Shown here: positions 38,809-50,075 of the stretch, piece after piece
Layout: the number at the start of each line of letters is the position of its first letter
How positions within the stretch are numbered: the first letter of the stretch is position 1
Source of the DNA: Podarcis tiliguerta
Taxonomy: Eukaryota
Length of the DNA stretch: 64,000 nucleotides
Direction: 5' to 3' (one strand)
Assembly: GCA_965153285.1 (NCBI GenBank)
Contig: OZ229114.1
Made by a program: the position numbers and the translations under genes
Notes under the pieces: model-generated
What the model was told of the DNA's origin: nothing
Seen by the model: the letters and a program-made list of their open reading frames with translations, nothing else
The model's database searches: none

Positions 38809-38965
38809 TAGATATGGCTTTGGACTGGATTTCGTTCATGAGTTTGAATGAGTTTCGCCATTGATGTGCAGTTAAAGTGAGCTCTTATATGCCGTGTGGA
38901 TTTCAATCTAATTTGTTAACAGCTGGTTAGTGATAACAGTATTTGGATCCTCACATCAGGGATCC

Positions 38966-38967
38966 GA

Positions 38968-39031
<64 letters not shown>

Positions 39032-39033
39032 AA
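38966..39033. repeat. (GAAA)n microsatellite
   Basis: About 17 perfect units. Confidence 0.98.
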
Positions 39034-39214
39034 ATTCCACATCTTGATCAAGAAAGGGAGTTGACCAGGGGAAGGTGGTGAGCAGACAGGAGCACCTGTC
39101 AGAAACTGGAATAGAGTGCAAACATCAAGGAATGGTCCTCCAGATGTTCCTGAAATACAATTTCCATCATCCTGCCCCTGCTGGCTGGGGTTTATGGGAG
39201 ATGAAATCCAATGA

Positions 39215-39285
39215 AGAATCATAGAATTGTAGAGTTGGAAGAGACCCTGAGGGTCATCTAGTCCACCCCCTGCAACGCAGGAATC
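39215..39285 (-). mobile_element. CR1-type 3' tail fragment
   Basis: AGAATCATAGAATTGTAGAGTTGGAAG..ACCCTGAGGGTCATCTAGTCC. Confidence 0.8.
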
Positions 39286-40739
39286 TTGCCCACAGTCACC
39301 CCCTGGTTAACAGCCAGAAACACTGACCCATTGTGTCACAGTACATTGCACACCTGGAGGGTTATAGATTTGTAATCCCAGAATACGGTAAATGAGGGTG
39401 CAAGGGGTTCCTGGGAACCAAGAAGAGGGTGAAAACAAAAGGATAAGTGTGTGGAAATGGCAGAGAGACTTATGGGGGTAACACCAAGCACAGAGCCATG
39501 TGGATTAATTATAATCTGAAAAAGGATTATTATTTCTAACCCGAAGGAGGTCAATGTGGAGGACAGGACATCCATAACTTCTGTTCTGTTTTCTACCTTG
39601 CTTTTCAATGTGGGAAAGACTATGGCTGCATCTCTGATGCTATCCTTATGATTTGGTTTCGATTATTTTATATGATTTAATTTCTAGACTGCTTAATGTA
39701 TTCAAAGCAGTTTACGAATGACTGAAGCAATAACAGACAGCATAAATAAGATATCAAAAATGCACAGCTACATATAAAAATGTTGCACTAACACAAAGTT
39801 GCTAATATATATAAATCAATATCAACTCATTTTCCTTCTGAGACACCACGCTGAAGTCACCTGCGCTGCCTGGTCATCACATACCACAGCCCTTCTAGTT
39901 CACAGAGTCCTGCACGAACTTTTCCTGACAGGAGGAAACTAAAACTCCTCGCCCATTTGCAGAAGCATCTCTTCCTTTCTTTTTGCGCATGAGTCAAAAA
40001 TTAAAATCTCTCTTTTTTTGTCTTCAAATCAAATTAAATCATTTGGGTAAGCTTGTTGTGAGGCCCAGCACATTACACACTTGAAGAGGAGCCACAGGCA
40101 CTTAAAAATACTGCTCCTTTTCCTCTTGTCCTCTGCATAATAAAACCAATTAACAAGAACAAATCTTCTATGGATGAAAAGATATGAACGTCCTCAAAAA
40201 GCCCTAAATATTAGGTCAGTGCCACTTTACTGAGCCAATCAAATAAAAAACCGTTTGTGCAGAGTTAGGCCTCATTAATCTCCTTTCAGATCCAACCCTA
40301 TAAAATTAATTATCATTTATCTCCATATATTTTTTCCTTACACAATTATAAAAAAGTATTTTATAAAAGTACCTCAGTTTTTCTTTTATTGTTTTAACTT
40401 GGGTAGTCTGATGGCTAATGGCCAAGACAAAAAAATCTGTACTTGGGTTGTTGTTGTTGATGATGATGATAACGAATGTTATTTTCTGTGAAATAACAGT
40501 TAAGTCACTTAGGGCTAGTGCAAAAGCAATGGTCCTGATGGCCTAACCATAATGCAGAGATTAGTATAATACTACAGGCTTGCACATTCCTATTCCACGG
40601 TGTCATAAATCTACATGGGCACTAACCACAACTGCTCCATAAGCAGGGCTTGCAAACCCTTGCAAACAACAACAGAAAGCCTGGCTAAACATGGGTAGCA
40701 CTGCTGCCCATTAATTGAACATTATGATTACAACAAATC

Positions 40740-41256
40740 CGCACCCGCGAACATTTCTCTGAGGAAAATAGGGGCATCCTATTCAGTAGCAACAACAACA
40801 ATTTTACTATTTATACCTCACCCATCTGCCTGGGTTGCCCCTCGCCACTCTGGGTTGCTTCCAACGTATATAATATACATATATATATATATGTATAAGC
40901 ATATATGTATATGCATATACTGTATATACATATTTATGTCTCTCACCAAACATAAACAAACTGTGAAAAAGACTATGAATTGAAAGTGGAGACAGCCTTT
41001 CCCTGTTTGTTTGCCTTGTAACACAAAAAATCCTTAATAAAAACTAAATAAAATAGTAAACTTTAAAAAGCCTCCCTATACAGGGCTGCCTTCAGATGGC
41101 TTGGGGGTTGGATAACTGCATACCCTCCAACAATTCTCTGATGAAAACAGGAACATCCTAATGAGAAGTGGGACATTCCAGGGTCAAATCAGAAACCGGG
41201 ACGGCTTCTGTAAATCCAGGACTGTCCCTGGAAAATAGGGAGGCTTGGAGGGTCTG
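40740..41256 (-). mobile_element. Composite hAT-like MITE carrying an L2-like 3' segment
   Basis: Terminal motif present twice (40740-40782, 41118-41160); right end TTGGAGGGTCTG; L2-like TTTATACCTCACCCATCTG...GGGCTGCCTTCAGATG between the two motifs. Confidence 0.6.
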
Positions 41257-42402
41257 CAAACCATGGAAGGTGGGAAGGAACTCACAGAAGAGAAAGATAG
41301 GGAGGGAGGGAGTACCCGAATCTTGTTCCGAGTCATCTACCTGTGGCTAGGAGATCAGGATAATTTGTTTGTTTATTTGAGTCACACTAGCCAGAGTGAA
41401 CCATAGCTCTGCACTAGGCCTTAATAAAAGTAGCATTCACTCATTCTTCTGAAATTCTATTACACAAGCTGGGCATCAAATGCCTTGGATATTTCAGTTG
41501 CCTCCAGACTGTCAGACTTTCATCAAGTCATGATGAAGAGCTGTAAAATTCCAAAGGGAAATTTCCTTGAGAGGCTCAGAGGTTTCTTCGGTGCTTCCAA
41601 AAGATGTGGAATATACCCTGAAACTCCACGGGAAAATTGTCGTGTTAGAGATCAGCTCAGGGACTGAAGATACAGTGAAGGAATACAGATCCATTCATCT
41701 CCACATCAGAGGGGAAGTCTAGCCCATGATGATCACAAACACAATGAGCTCCCATCTGTTACATGACAACTGTGAAATGAATTGACACACACACACAACT
41801 AGACAGTGTCTATTGTACCAACTTCTGTTAATGAAAGCTTTTGAATCACATCAGGAAATGCTCAAAGGCAACGATAGCAATAGATGTTGTTCCAATGACG
41901 ACTATCATCTTACTTGTCTTGTATCATTCCTTGGGACAAGCAGAACATTAACACCAAAAGGAGCTGTCCTGACAGCTGTTATATACTGTATATGGGGAAT
42001 TTTAGCAGGCTCCAAGTCAAGGAGAGTGAGAGCAACAAGGAAACTCACTGTCCAGGTTACTCCAGCTATCACCCATCTCCACCATGAAATCAATTACTTC
42101 TTAGAGAGGGCAGAGGAGTGAGTTACTATAGAAGCTGGGATACGAGTAAAAAATAAAATAAAAAGGGTGGTGAACAAGCATAAATAATAATTTTATATAG
42201 TCAAACACTGAAATAGACAACACAACCATAAGATTCACACATTAACTATAATATGCACCAGCAGCTAAAAACATGCAGCAAGTTTAGGCATTGCCCAAAT
42301 TTAAATGCTGGGGGAAACAGAACTGGTTTAACCTAGTGACAAATAAATTGCAATGTGTGTGGGATGGCATTCCACACTGGAACATTGCCAGATTGTGTTA
42401 TA

Positions 42403-42743
42403 TAAAGGTAAAGGGACCCCTGACCATTAGGTCCAGTTGTGGCCAACTCTGGGGTTGCAGCGCTCATCTCGCTTTATTGGCCGAGGGAGCCGGTGTACAG
42501 CTTCCGGGTCATGTGGCCAGCATGACTAAGCCGCTTCTGGTGAACCAGAGCAGCGCACAAAAATGCTGTTTACCTTCCCGCCAGAGCAGTACCTATTTAT
42601 CTACTTGCACTTGATGTACTTTCGAACTACTAGGTTGGCAGGAGCAGGGACCGAGCAATGGTAGCTCACCCCGTCGTGGGGATTCGAACCACTGACCTTC
42701 GGATCGGGAAGTCCTAGGCTCTGTGGTTTAACCCACACCCGCG
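42403..42743 (-). mobile_element. Sauria SINE
   Basis: AAAGGTAAAGGGACCCCTGACC tail and reverse-complement body. Confidence 0.95.
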
Positions 42744-42756
42744 TAGCACCTTAGAG

Positions 42757-42838
42757 AATATGCAGCTGTCCAATATGGGCATCAAACCTGCAACCTTGGC
42801 ATTCTCATTCAGCACCATGCTCTAACCAACTGAGCTAT
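42757..42838 (-). mobile_element. tRNA-Ile-headed SINE head fragment
   Basis: Reverse complement TAGCTCAGTTGGTTAGAGCATGGTGCTGA...AATGCCAAGGTTGCAGGTT matches the 1450 copy. Confidence 0.75.
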
Positions 42839-44071
42839 ACATAATGCACTTCTGATTGTGAAGAGACAGTGAGAAGGGCTTTGGTAGAAGCTCTCAAATA
42901 CAGCCTATTGACCCCCAGGCTCCATGTACACAGGCTTCTTTCAGCAGAAGGTGGATGTGGACTATGTTTGGGGCTTGTCCTGTGCAAAATGCAGGAAATT
43001 CCTGCCTGTGGCTGTGCATGGAATCACATCCAGATAGGGGAAAGGGGAGAGCTCTTTGTGGCTGACTTAAACTGCTTGGTTCCTATTGGGAGCCCCTCCA
43101 CAACCAGCACTTCACACGCCCAAAACACACTGAGGAGCAGCAGGACCATCACCAATATTGGTAAGGTTGGCCACAATGAATATAGATGAATCATGCCATA
43201 TACGTGCCACATTTTGGCACAGCATCCAGTCTGGAGAAGTGTCAGAGGCAACCTCAAAAAAGCATAAAAAGAAACCAACAGACTGTCTGGCTGAACCACT
43301 GTCTAGATTAGGCACCCTCCAGAAATACAATCCATAAAGCGTTCAACTCTGCATTGTGACATACGATCTCACGGCTGAAAAATAAACACAACTTTAATAC
43401 ACAATCAATGCTTTCAGGGAAAATACCCCATTGCTCTTCAAATCCCATTTTGTTCTGTATATCCAAATTGGAATGAATGTGTGCTGCAAATATTGGTTAC
43501 GGAATGGTACTACATAAACATTTTGAAAATCTCTCATTTGCACTGGCCAGATACACTCTGGTAGTTCCGCTGTATAAGCTAGGAAATCTGTGTCATTTTG
43601 TCTGTCCACAATTATCCTGAAAGATGTCAGAAAAAGTCTTGAGGGCAAACTAGGTTGTCGGGGGGAGGGAGGGAGAGATCCATCTTTGTATCTCCCAACA
43701 TCTTTTTCCTTGGTTAAAATCAGCATTGGGGGATTGCCAGGGTGCGGAGGGAGGTAAACATTTCCCTAAAAGTGACTTACTCAATGGAAACCACCAACAC
43801 CGTACTGATCCTGCTCATTTTATTATGTCGGGCATGTTTACCCTGAGACTCTTACTCCATTCATGATTAATAATGAGATGCATTTTGAGCTAATGTCTTG
43901 CCTTTTGTACCTGCATGTGTAGCTTAGCATTCATCAGATCTGGCCAGTGAGGCTGGCAGCCACAGGCGCAAGCTCAGAATTTGATTACTTTGAAGCTTGA
44001 TTCAGTCTCAATGAGAAACTGTCCTTCCTTCCTGACAGCTGCATTTTAGTCCAGCGTTAGCATGGACTAAA

Positions 44072-44423
44072 GGGACGCGGATGGCGCTGTGGGTTAAACC
44101 ATAGAGCCTAGGGCTTGCTGATCAGAAGGTCGGTGGTTCGAATCCCTGCGTCGGGGTGAGCTCCTGTTGCTCGGTCCCTGCTCCTGCCAACCTAGCACTT
44201 TGAAAGCATGTCAAAGTGCAAGTAGATAAATAGGTACCGCTCTGGCGGGAAGGTAAACGGCGTTTCCGTGTGCTGCTCTGGTTTGCCGGAAGTGGCTTAG
44301 TCATGCTGGCCACATGACCCGGAAGCTGTACGCCAGCTCCCTCGGCCAATAAAGCGAGATGAGCGCCGCAACCCCAGAATTGTTCGCAACTGGACCTAAT
44401 GGTCAGGGGTTCCTTTACCTTTA
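44072..44423 (+). mobile_element. Sauria SINE, full length
   Basis: GGGACGCGG start, B-box, body and CCTTTACCTTTA tail. Confidence 0.96.
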
Positions 44424-45611
44424 TCTAAGGAATACAGAGATGGATACCAGTGATTTAGTGAACATGGGTAAATTGAATCACAATACAACAATCACTTTGG
44501 GGGAGACACCAAAGGCAACTTGACATCCCACTTTGCATTATACAATACTAAATTAAACTTTTATTAGCATTCAGTTCTGCTGGAATTGGCACCGACGATT
44601 GCTTAGAACTAATCAACTAAGTGCTGCTCATACTGAAACAGCTGATAAGGGCTTGTCAATTGACATCCTGGGCCGGCCTTATCATTAGGCAGAGTGAAGT
44701 GGCCACCTCTGGCAGCTAAATTTGGGGTGTTGTGAAAGGGCAGCAAATGCTTAGTCGTTTAATTAATTTGTTTGTTTGTCTTTTTACTGCCAGGGAAGAA
44801 GAGAGGATTTTCTGCCTCATATGCCAGAGCGATTTTGTGGGTATTGGGTCTTACGCACCTTGCCTGAGGGAGTGGGGTGGGGGGTGGGGTTTGCGCCATC
44901 ACAGCAAACAGCAAATTGCTTTCCAGGTATAGCAGGTTTGTACCGCACACATGCAAATCAAGCAGCGGACCGAAACTCCTAGCTGTTTTCTCACAGGTCA
45001 ATGAACAGCCTTTGGATGGTGAGGATTTGATGGGCTTAATTATTCTGCAGTGACCTACTGTTCAGCATTCATGACGCAAGCCCCATAGCCACTTCCTGAT
45101 ATGGAGCCATGTTTGTTTGTTTTTAATACCTTGTTCCTCAGACGACTTTCACATCATTCAGGGGTCCTCTCCCCCCCCCCCCCCGGTGCTTCATTAGATG
45201 AGAATAAAAAACAGTCCAGCAGAGCCGAAACTCAAAATAAAAGCCAAACTCAATGGGCTGAAACGCAGGCTGCACACATATTTATGACTAAAAATCTACA
45301 CGGATGCCTTGCCAAGTCCTCATAAAATCCCAATACTTGGCACGGGATGCTTGGTTTTACAGTTTTAGCTTCCTTTGGCATAATCTGCCATGTTTTAATT
45401 AAACAGAGAATGCAGAGTGCATCCCCAGTAGCCCATGCCTCTAGCCTCATCTCTTTCAATGTGCCATCATGGAAATGTAATTGCAGGAGAAAACGCTTCT
45501 CCTGCATACCTTAGAAGGGTGAGCTATGTCCAACAAACAGGATAAGGAAAGAAATGTTAGAATATCAGAAGGAGATGTGTTATTTGTAAGGCAGAAGTTC
45601 CCAACTCACAG

Positions 45612-45930
45612 CATAAGACAACCCCAGGTGTATCAGACCAAAGGTCTATCTATCTGGTTCACCATTCTCTTACCATAAAAAGCCCAACAGATGCTTCTAG
45701 CAAATGTGTGAGCAAAGAACGAAGGTTGCCCTGGCCTTTGTCCATAGCAACTGGTACTCAAAGGGATGCTGCCTCCAGTCCAAGCATGAAGATTCCATTC
45801 AGCTGTCTTGGCTAATTGCCATTGATAGGTCTATCCTCCGTGAATCCCTCTAATCCCTTTTAAAGCCGCCTAAGCCACCCGCCATCACTGCATTTTGTGC
45901 CAGCGAATTGCATGTTTTCAATTATGTGCT
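45612..45930 (-). mobile_element. Old CR1 LINE 3' fragment
   Basis: ATCAGACCAAAGGTCTATCTA...GCCATTGATAGGTCTATCCTCCGTGAA..TCTAATCCCTTTTAAAGCC pattern. Confidence 0.6.
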
Positions 45931-46021
45931 GGTGTGATTTCCCACCCCATCACGAACCTACCATCCACCCATGCCACATATAGAGAAGGTGCAATTCTTA
46001 GCTATCTAAGTACCTTCACAC

Positions 46022-46180
46022 CATAGGTGCCAAGTCCCTGGGGTCCTGGGTGCCTGAAGACCCACAAAATTCCACATTAAGGGGCTGGGCACCCACAAAT
46101 TTCAGTGCCAGGGCCATGCACATTGCATGGCACCCAGGGCCCTAGGCACCCACGGTCAGGGGGCCAAGTTGGCACTCCTG
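46022..46180. mobile_element. hAT MITE
   Basis: Termini CATAGGTGCCAA / TTGGCACTCCTG; 7/8 TSD CTTCACAC/CTTCACAT. Confidence 0.75.
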
Positions 46181-46482
46181 CTTCACATAATTTATGGGTA
46201 CTGTTTGTATCACATGACTGGGAGTTTGTCTCATGCCCCTAGTAATTTTCTTCAGTCTTCCTTATATAGCTAGAGGGTCGTATCAAGTGACCTGTTACAA
46301 CAAGGATTTATGCTTGCACAACACTCATTCTCCTCCTCCCATTTGGGCTCCACATCCTCCCCAAATTGCAAGAAGCTCCAGTGAAGGAATGGGTTTCTGT
46401 ACAGTCAGTTTGAAACAGGACCCAACCCCCCCCCTTTTCTCCTTTCTCCAAGGGAGCACTTCTAAAATGCGTTAATTTGAGC

Positions 46483-47047
46483 TGTTGAGCAAATGCATAA
46501 CAAGAACACAGCTGTATAAACAAAGCTCTCTCCTTTATCAGTCACGACAATGGATGACCTTGGCTGTTCCAGTGGAGTAGGGATGGCATGTCTAGGTCTT
46601 ATCTTACGTCCTGACCACACTCTGACGCACAGACCTAGTCCGGGAACAGCGCCAGAGTGTGTTCTTGGAGTTGGTGACTTCTTGCTCCAAGGTAAGAGTA
46701 TAGGAAGGAAAACCCTTTCATGGTCAGGAGTACAGGAAGGAAAACCCTTTTATGGTTAAGAGTACCAGAGCAGGAACATCTGTGATGTCAACCTGCGTGT
46801 ACAAGCTGATGTGCTGGATTCCTGGAGAAGGGGGAGAGGGTGCCTGGAGGATATATATACTGCATGAAATTTCTCATTTCTTTGGACTTGCTGTGGACTG
46901 ACCACACAAGTGCCTTTCTGCTGCTCCGGAGAGCAGAAATAAAGAACTCTTTCTCTGCACCAACCCTTGGTGTCACTTGACTTCCTTCCTCCCTCCAGGG
47001 AGCAACGCAGACCCCACCAGTCGGTGAAGTCTAATAAGGCTACACCA
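46483..47047 (+). mobile_element. Probable ERV-like solo LTR (boundaries approximate)
   Basis: U3-like ~32-bp tandem repeats, TATATATA near 46852, AATAAA near 46938, GT/pyrimidine-rich downstream element. Confidence 0.45.
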
Positions 47048-47660
47048 GAAAAAGAGTTAAGAGGATTTGGATTTTCTTAATGTAAATTATCTGATAATGT
47101 GTTTATCTGGCAACTATGTGTATGGGTTATTTATTTGGATTTTCTTTTTTGTGTAGCACCTTGAGATGTGTGGATAGTAGGTGGTCTACAAATGATCATC
47201 ATCATCATCAGAAGTAAAAATAAAGTGTGGCTGCCAATGCATAGGTAAGAGAGTTATATGCAGATGGAGGGAGGACATGGCATGATGAGGGAGAGCGGTC
47301 ACTTTGGTACCTGCTCAATCCCTCAGCAGGTAGATCTAACTTTCCATTTCTTTTCCTATGGGCCCATGGAAGAATCCTGCTCTTTAGCTGCTTTGTTGAA
47401 GCTGTAGGAGAATATGTGGGCCCATTGCTAAGCAACAGGCTTTTGAGTTTCACATTGAACCAAATCATTTGAATACGTATAGTAAACTCAGCTGAGGAGA
47501 TTTGAGTATTTATGTTACGATTGCCTGAAAGCAGACCCACAAGACTACAAAGCCCAAAATGCAATGTGATTGCAAGCAAAATGTCCATTTGAAGAAGAAG
47601 AAGACAATGAAGAAGAAGAAGAAGCATCTATTCTATGAAGGAAGTAGTTGAACATATTAA

Positions 47661-47906
47661 AGAGCCAGTGTGGTGTAGTGGTTAAGAGCGGTAGTCTCGT
47701 AATCTGGGGAACCGGGTTCGCATCTCCACTCCTCCACATGCAGCTGCTGGGTGACCTTGGGCCAGTCACACTTCTTTGAAGTCTCTCAGCCCCACTCACC
47801 TCACAGAATGTTTGTTGTGGGGGAGGAAGGGAAAGGAGAATGTTAGCCGCTTTGAGACTCCTGAAGGGGAGTGAAAGGCGGGATATCAAATCCAAACTCT
47901 TCTTCT
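47661..47906 (+). mobile_element. Squam3-like SINE
   Basis: Full length, (CTT)n tail, short TAAAG TSD. Confidence 0.95.
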
Positions 47907-48512
47907 AAAGGATGGCCACAGAACTAACTCAAGGATCAATATTCAGATATATTTTCCACTGATGTCTATTCTTCAGGACCAGAAAAATGGAACTGAAAAT
48001 AAACTGTGCTCCCAGGCTTCACACATGCTTAATGTATGCCATTATACATGAATAATTTTGCTATAGTTTCTGTTCTTATTCTAAAGCACATATAAAAATC
48101 TCCTGTCTGAACTTCTAATGGTTTTCTAAAATTCAATTTTGTAAAAATTATTTTATAGAAGGGAGGTAATAATGCAAGTCAAGACTTGTTTCAGGATAGG
48201 CTTTCAGCAAGCAAACTACATTTGACTTATTAAAGTAAATCTGAAACAGCTTGAAGTGTTTATCCTTTGCTTTTAGTTTATTTTTGTAAGTATAAATTTT
48301 TATCAAGCTCATTTAGACTCACTACTATCCCGAGTGTTCAGAACCCTGAAGCATCGCAAGTCTTTGAACATCACATTTTGACGTCTCCTGAGCCTTGAGG
48401 AAGCTATTAAAATGGGAGTAGTGTTAAAATTACCTCAATTTATTCTTTTATCTGAAAAATTTCATACACACCACAGAATGGCATGTGCAAATGGCTGAAG
48501 GATGGGTAAGAG

Positions 48513-48624
48513 CAGAGCTTTTTTTCAGCTGGAACTCACCGGAACTCAGTTCTGGCAAATCTCAGGTGGGCGCCATTGCCATTCTAAGAGTTATGGCACC
48601 TCTTTTTCTAGAAAAATAGCACTT
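48513..48624 (+). mobile_element. hAT-like MITE (9930 family)
   Basis: Homology to the other two copies. Confidence 0.7.
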
Positions 48625-49573
48625 AGTCCAACATTTTCCCCCACAGTGGCCGACCAGACACCTGTGAGAAGCCAACAACCAGGACATGAGTGTGGCGGCA
48701 TCATTCTGCTCATGCTCCTTGGCAACTGGTATTCAGTGGGATAGAGTAGGTGACTTGCTTAAACAAAGACATATGGAGGGGAGAGGGAAATGGGTCTGAG
48801 AAATTTGCGTCCCCTGACAAATAAACCTACTGATGTGAATAAATCATGATTCCAATAAAGTCTTGGATTTGATCAGCTGTTTAGCGTGGGAATAACAGAT
48901 GAATTTATTATTATGTGATAGCGAAAAGTCCCAAAGTTGAAGGAATTGCACTAAAGTTCACACTTTAATAAAACAAATCATGAGCATTTAATATTAACTG
49001 CCCCTGGTGGCGCATGTCTTAATCGAAAATTCTGAACTCATTGGGAACCTTCTCTAATTTTCCGCAGGGTTACTGAAGGAGCATCTCAGCTAGGCAACTG
49101 GTAGCTGCACACTATTTCTTTGTCATCCAGGGATAGCCCTATGCAGTTTAAATCAAAAGCAGAAGAAAGGCTCTTTGTAATATACAAGTCCAGCTTCTCT
49201 GTGAAAGCTACACATCTGAAGTTCCCTGAAGGTGTGTGGCGATCTTGGGAGTCTCCACACTAATCATACAGAATACATTAGATGGGTTCGCTATCAATGA
49301 GCCATAAGAATTGAATCATATTTTATTACTATTATTTAATAACTTGGTGCTGGAATGTGTGCTTAGGTGCTGCTGCATGTACACAAAGACACTTAGGACT
49401 CACTGACTCATTCATTCGGGATATCACAATGCCTAGGTACTTTATGTGCCTTCTACAAAGCTGAAATTTAGTAATCAAGAAATTGCAATCACTTAGAGAA
49501 AAACGCCCAGAAACTCTGAAAACAGAATGTGTATATGTCTCTCCCTCAAACTGGAGGTGATGTGGGGTTAAAT

Positions 49574-49699
49574 TACGGTAACCAGATTTTTTTTTTCAAT
49601 GAATCCGGGGACACTTTTCAACTTCAATGAATTTTGTATGGGGATTGATTTGTAAATCCAGGGACTGTCCCCGAGAAACAGGGATGTCTGGTAACCTTA
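49574..49699. mobile_element. hAT (Blackjack-like) MITE
   Basis: TIR TACGGTAACCAGA / TCTGGTAACCTTA; perfect 8-bp TSD GGTTAAAT. Confidence 0.88.
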
Positions 49700-49831
49700 G
49701 GTTAAATTATATCTTACACCATTCACACTTAAAAAGTACTTGAACTGGCCACTTTTGTGTTACGCTTGCACCTCCAGGGGCCTACAGCCAAATAGGGTTG
49801 TTTTTTCAGAAAAAAAGTGGCACTGGGCCCT

Positions 49832-50075
49832 AGAAGAATTTGGATTTGATATCCCGCTTTATCACTACCCGAAGAAGTCTCAAAGCGGCTAACAATCTCC
49901 TTTCTCTTCCTCCCCCACAACAAGCATTCTGTGAGGTGAGTGAGGCTGAGAGACTTCAGAGAAGTGTGACTAGCCCAAGGTCACCCAGCAGCTGCATATG
50001 GAGGAGAGGGGAAGCGAACCTGGTTCACCAGATTACGAATCCACCGTTTTTAACCACTACACCACGCTGGCTCTC
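49832..50075 (-). mobile_element. Squam3-like SINE
   Basis: Reverse-complement homology to the 37218 and 47661 copies. Confidence 0.93.

Noticed and set aside
41905-42093. Hydrophobic ORF ending at a CAA|GTAAGA donor, like a membrane-protein exon
   Set aside because: There is an in-frame stop directly upstream, no in-frame ATG and no convincing acceptor.
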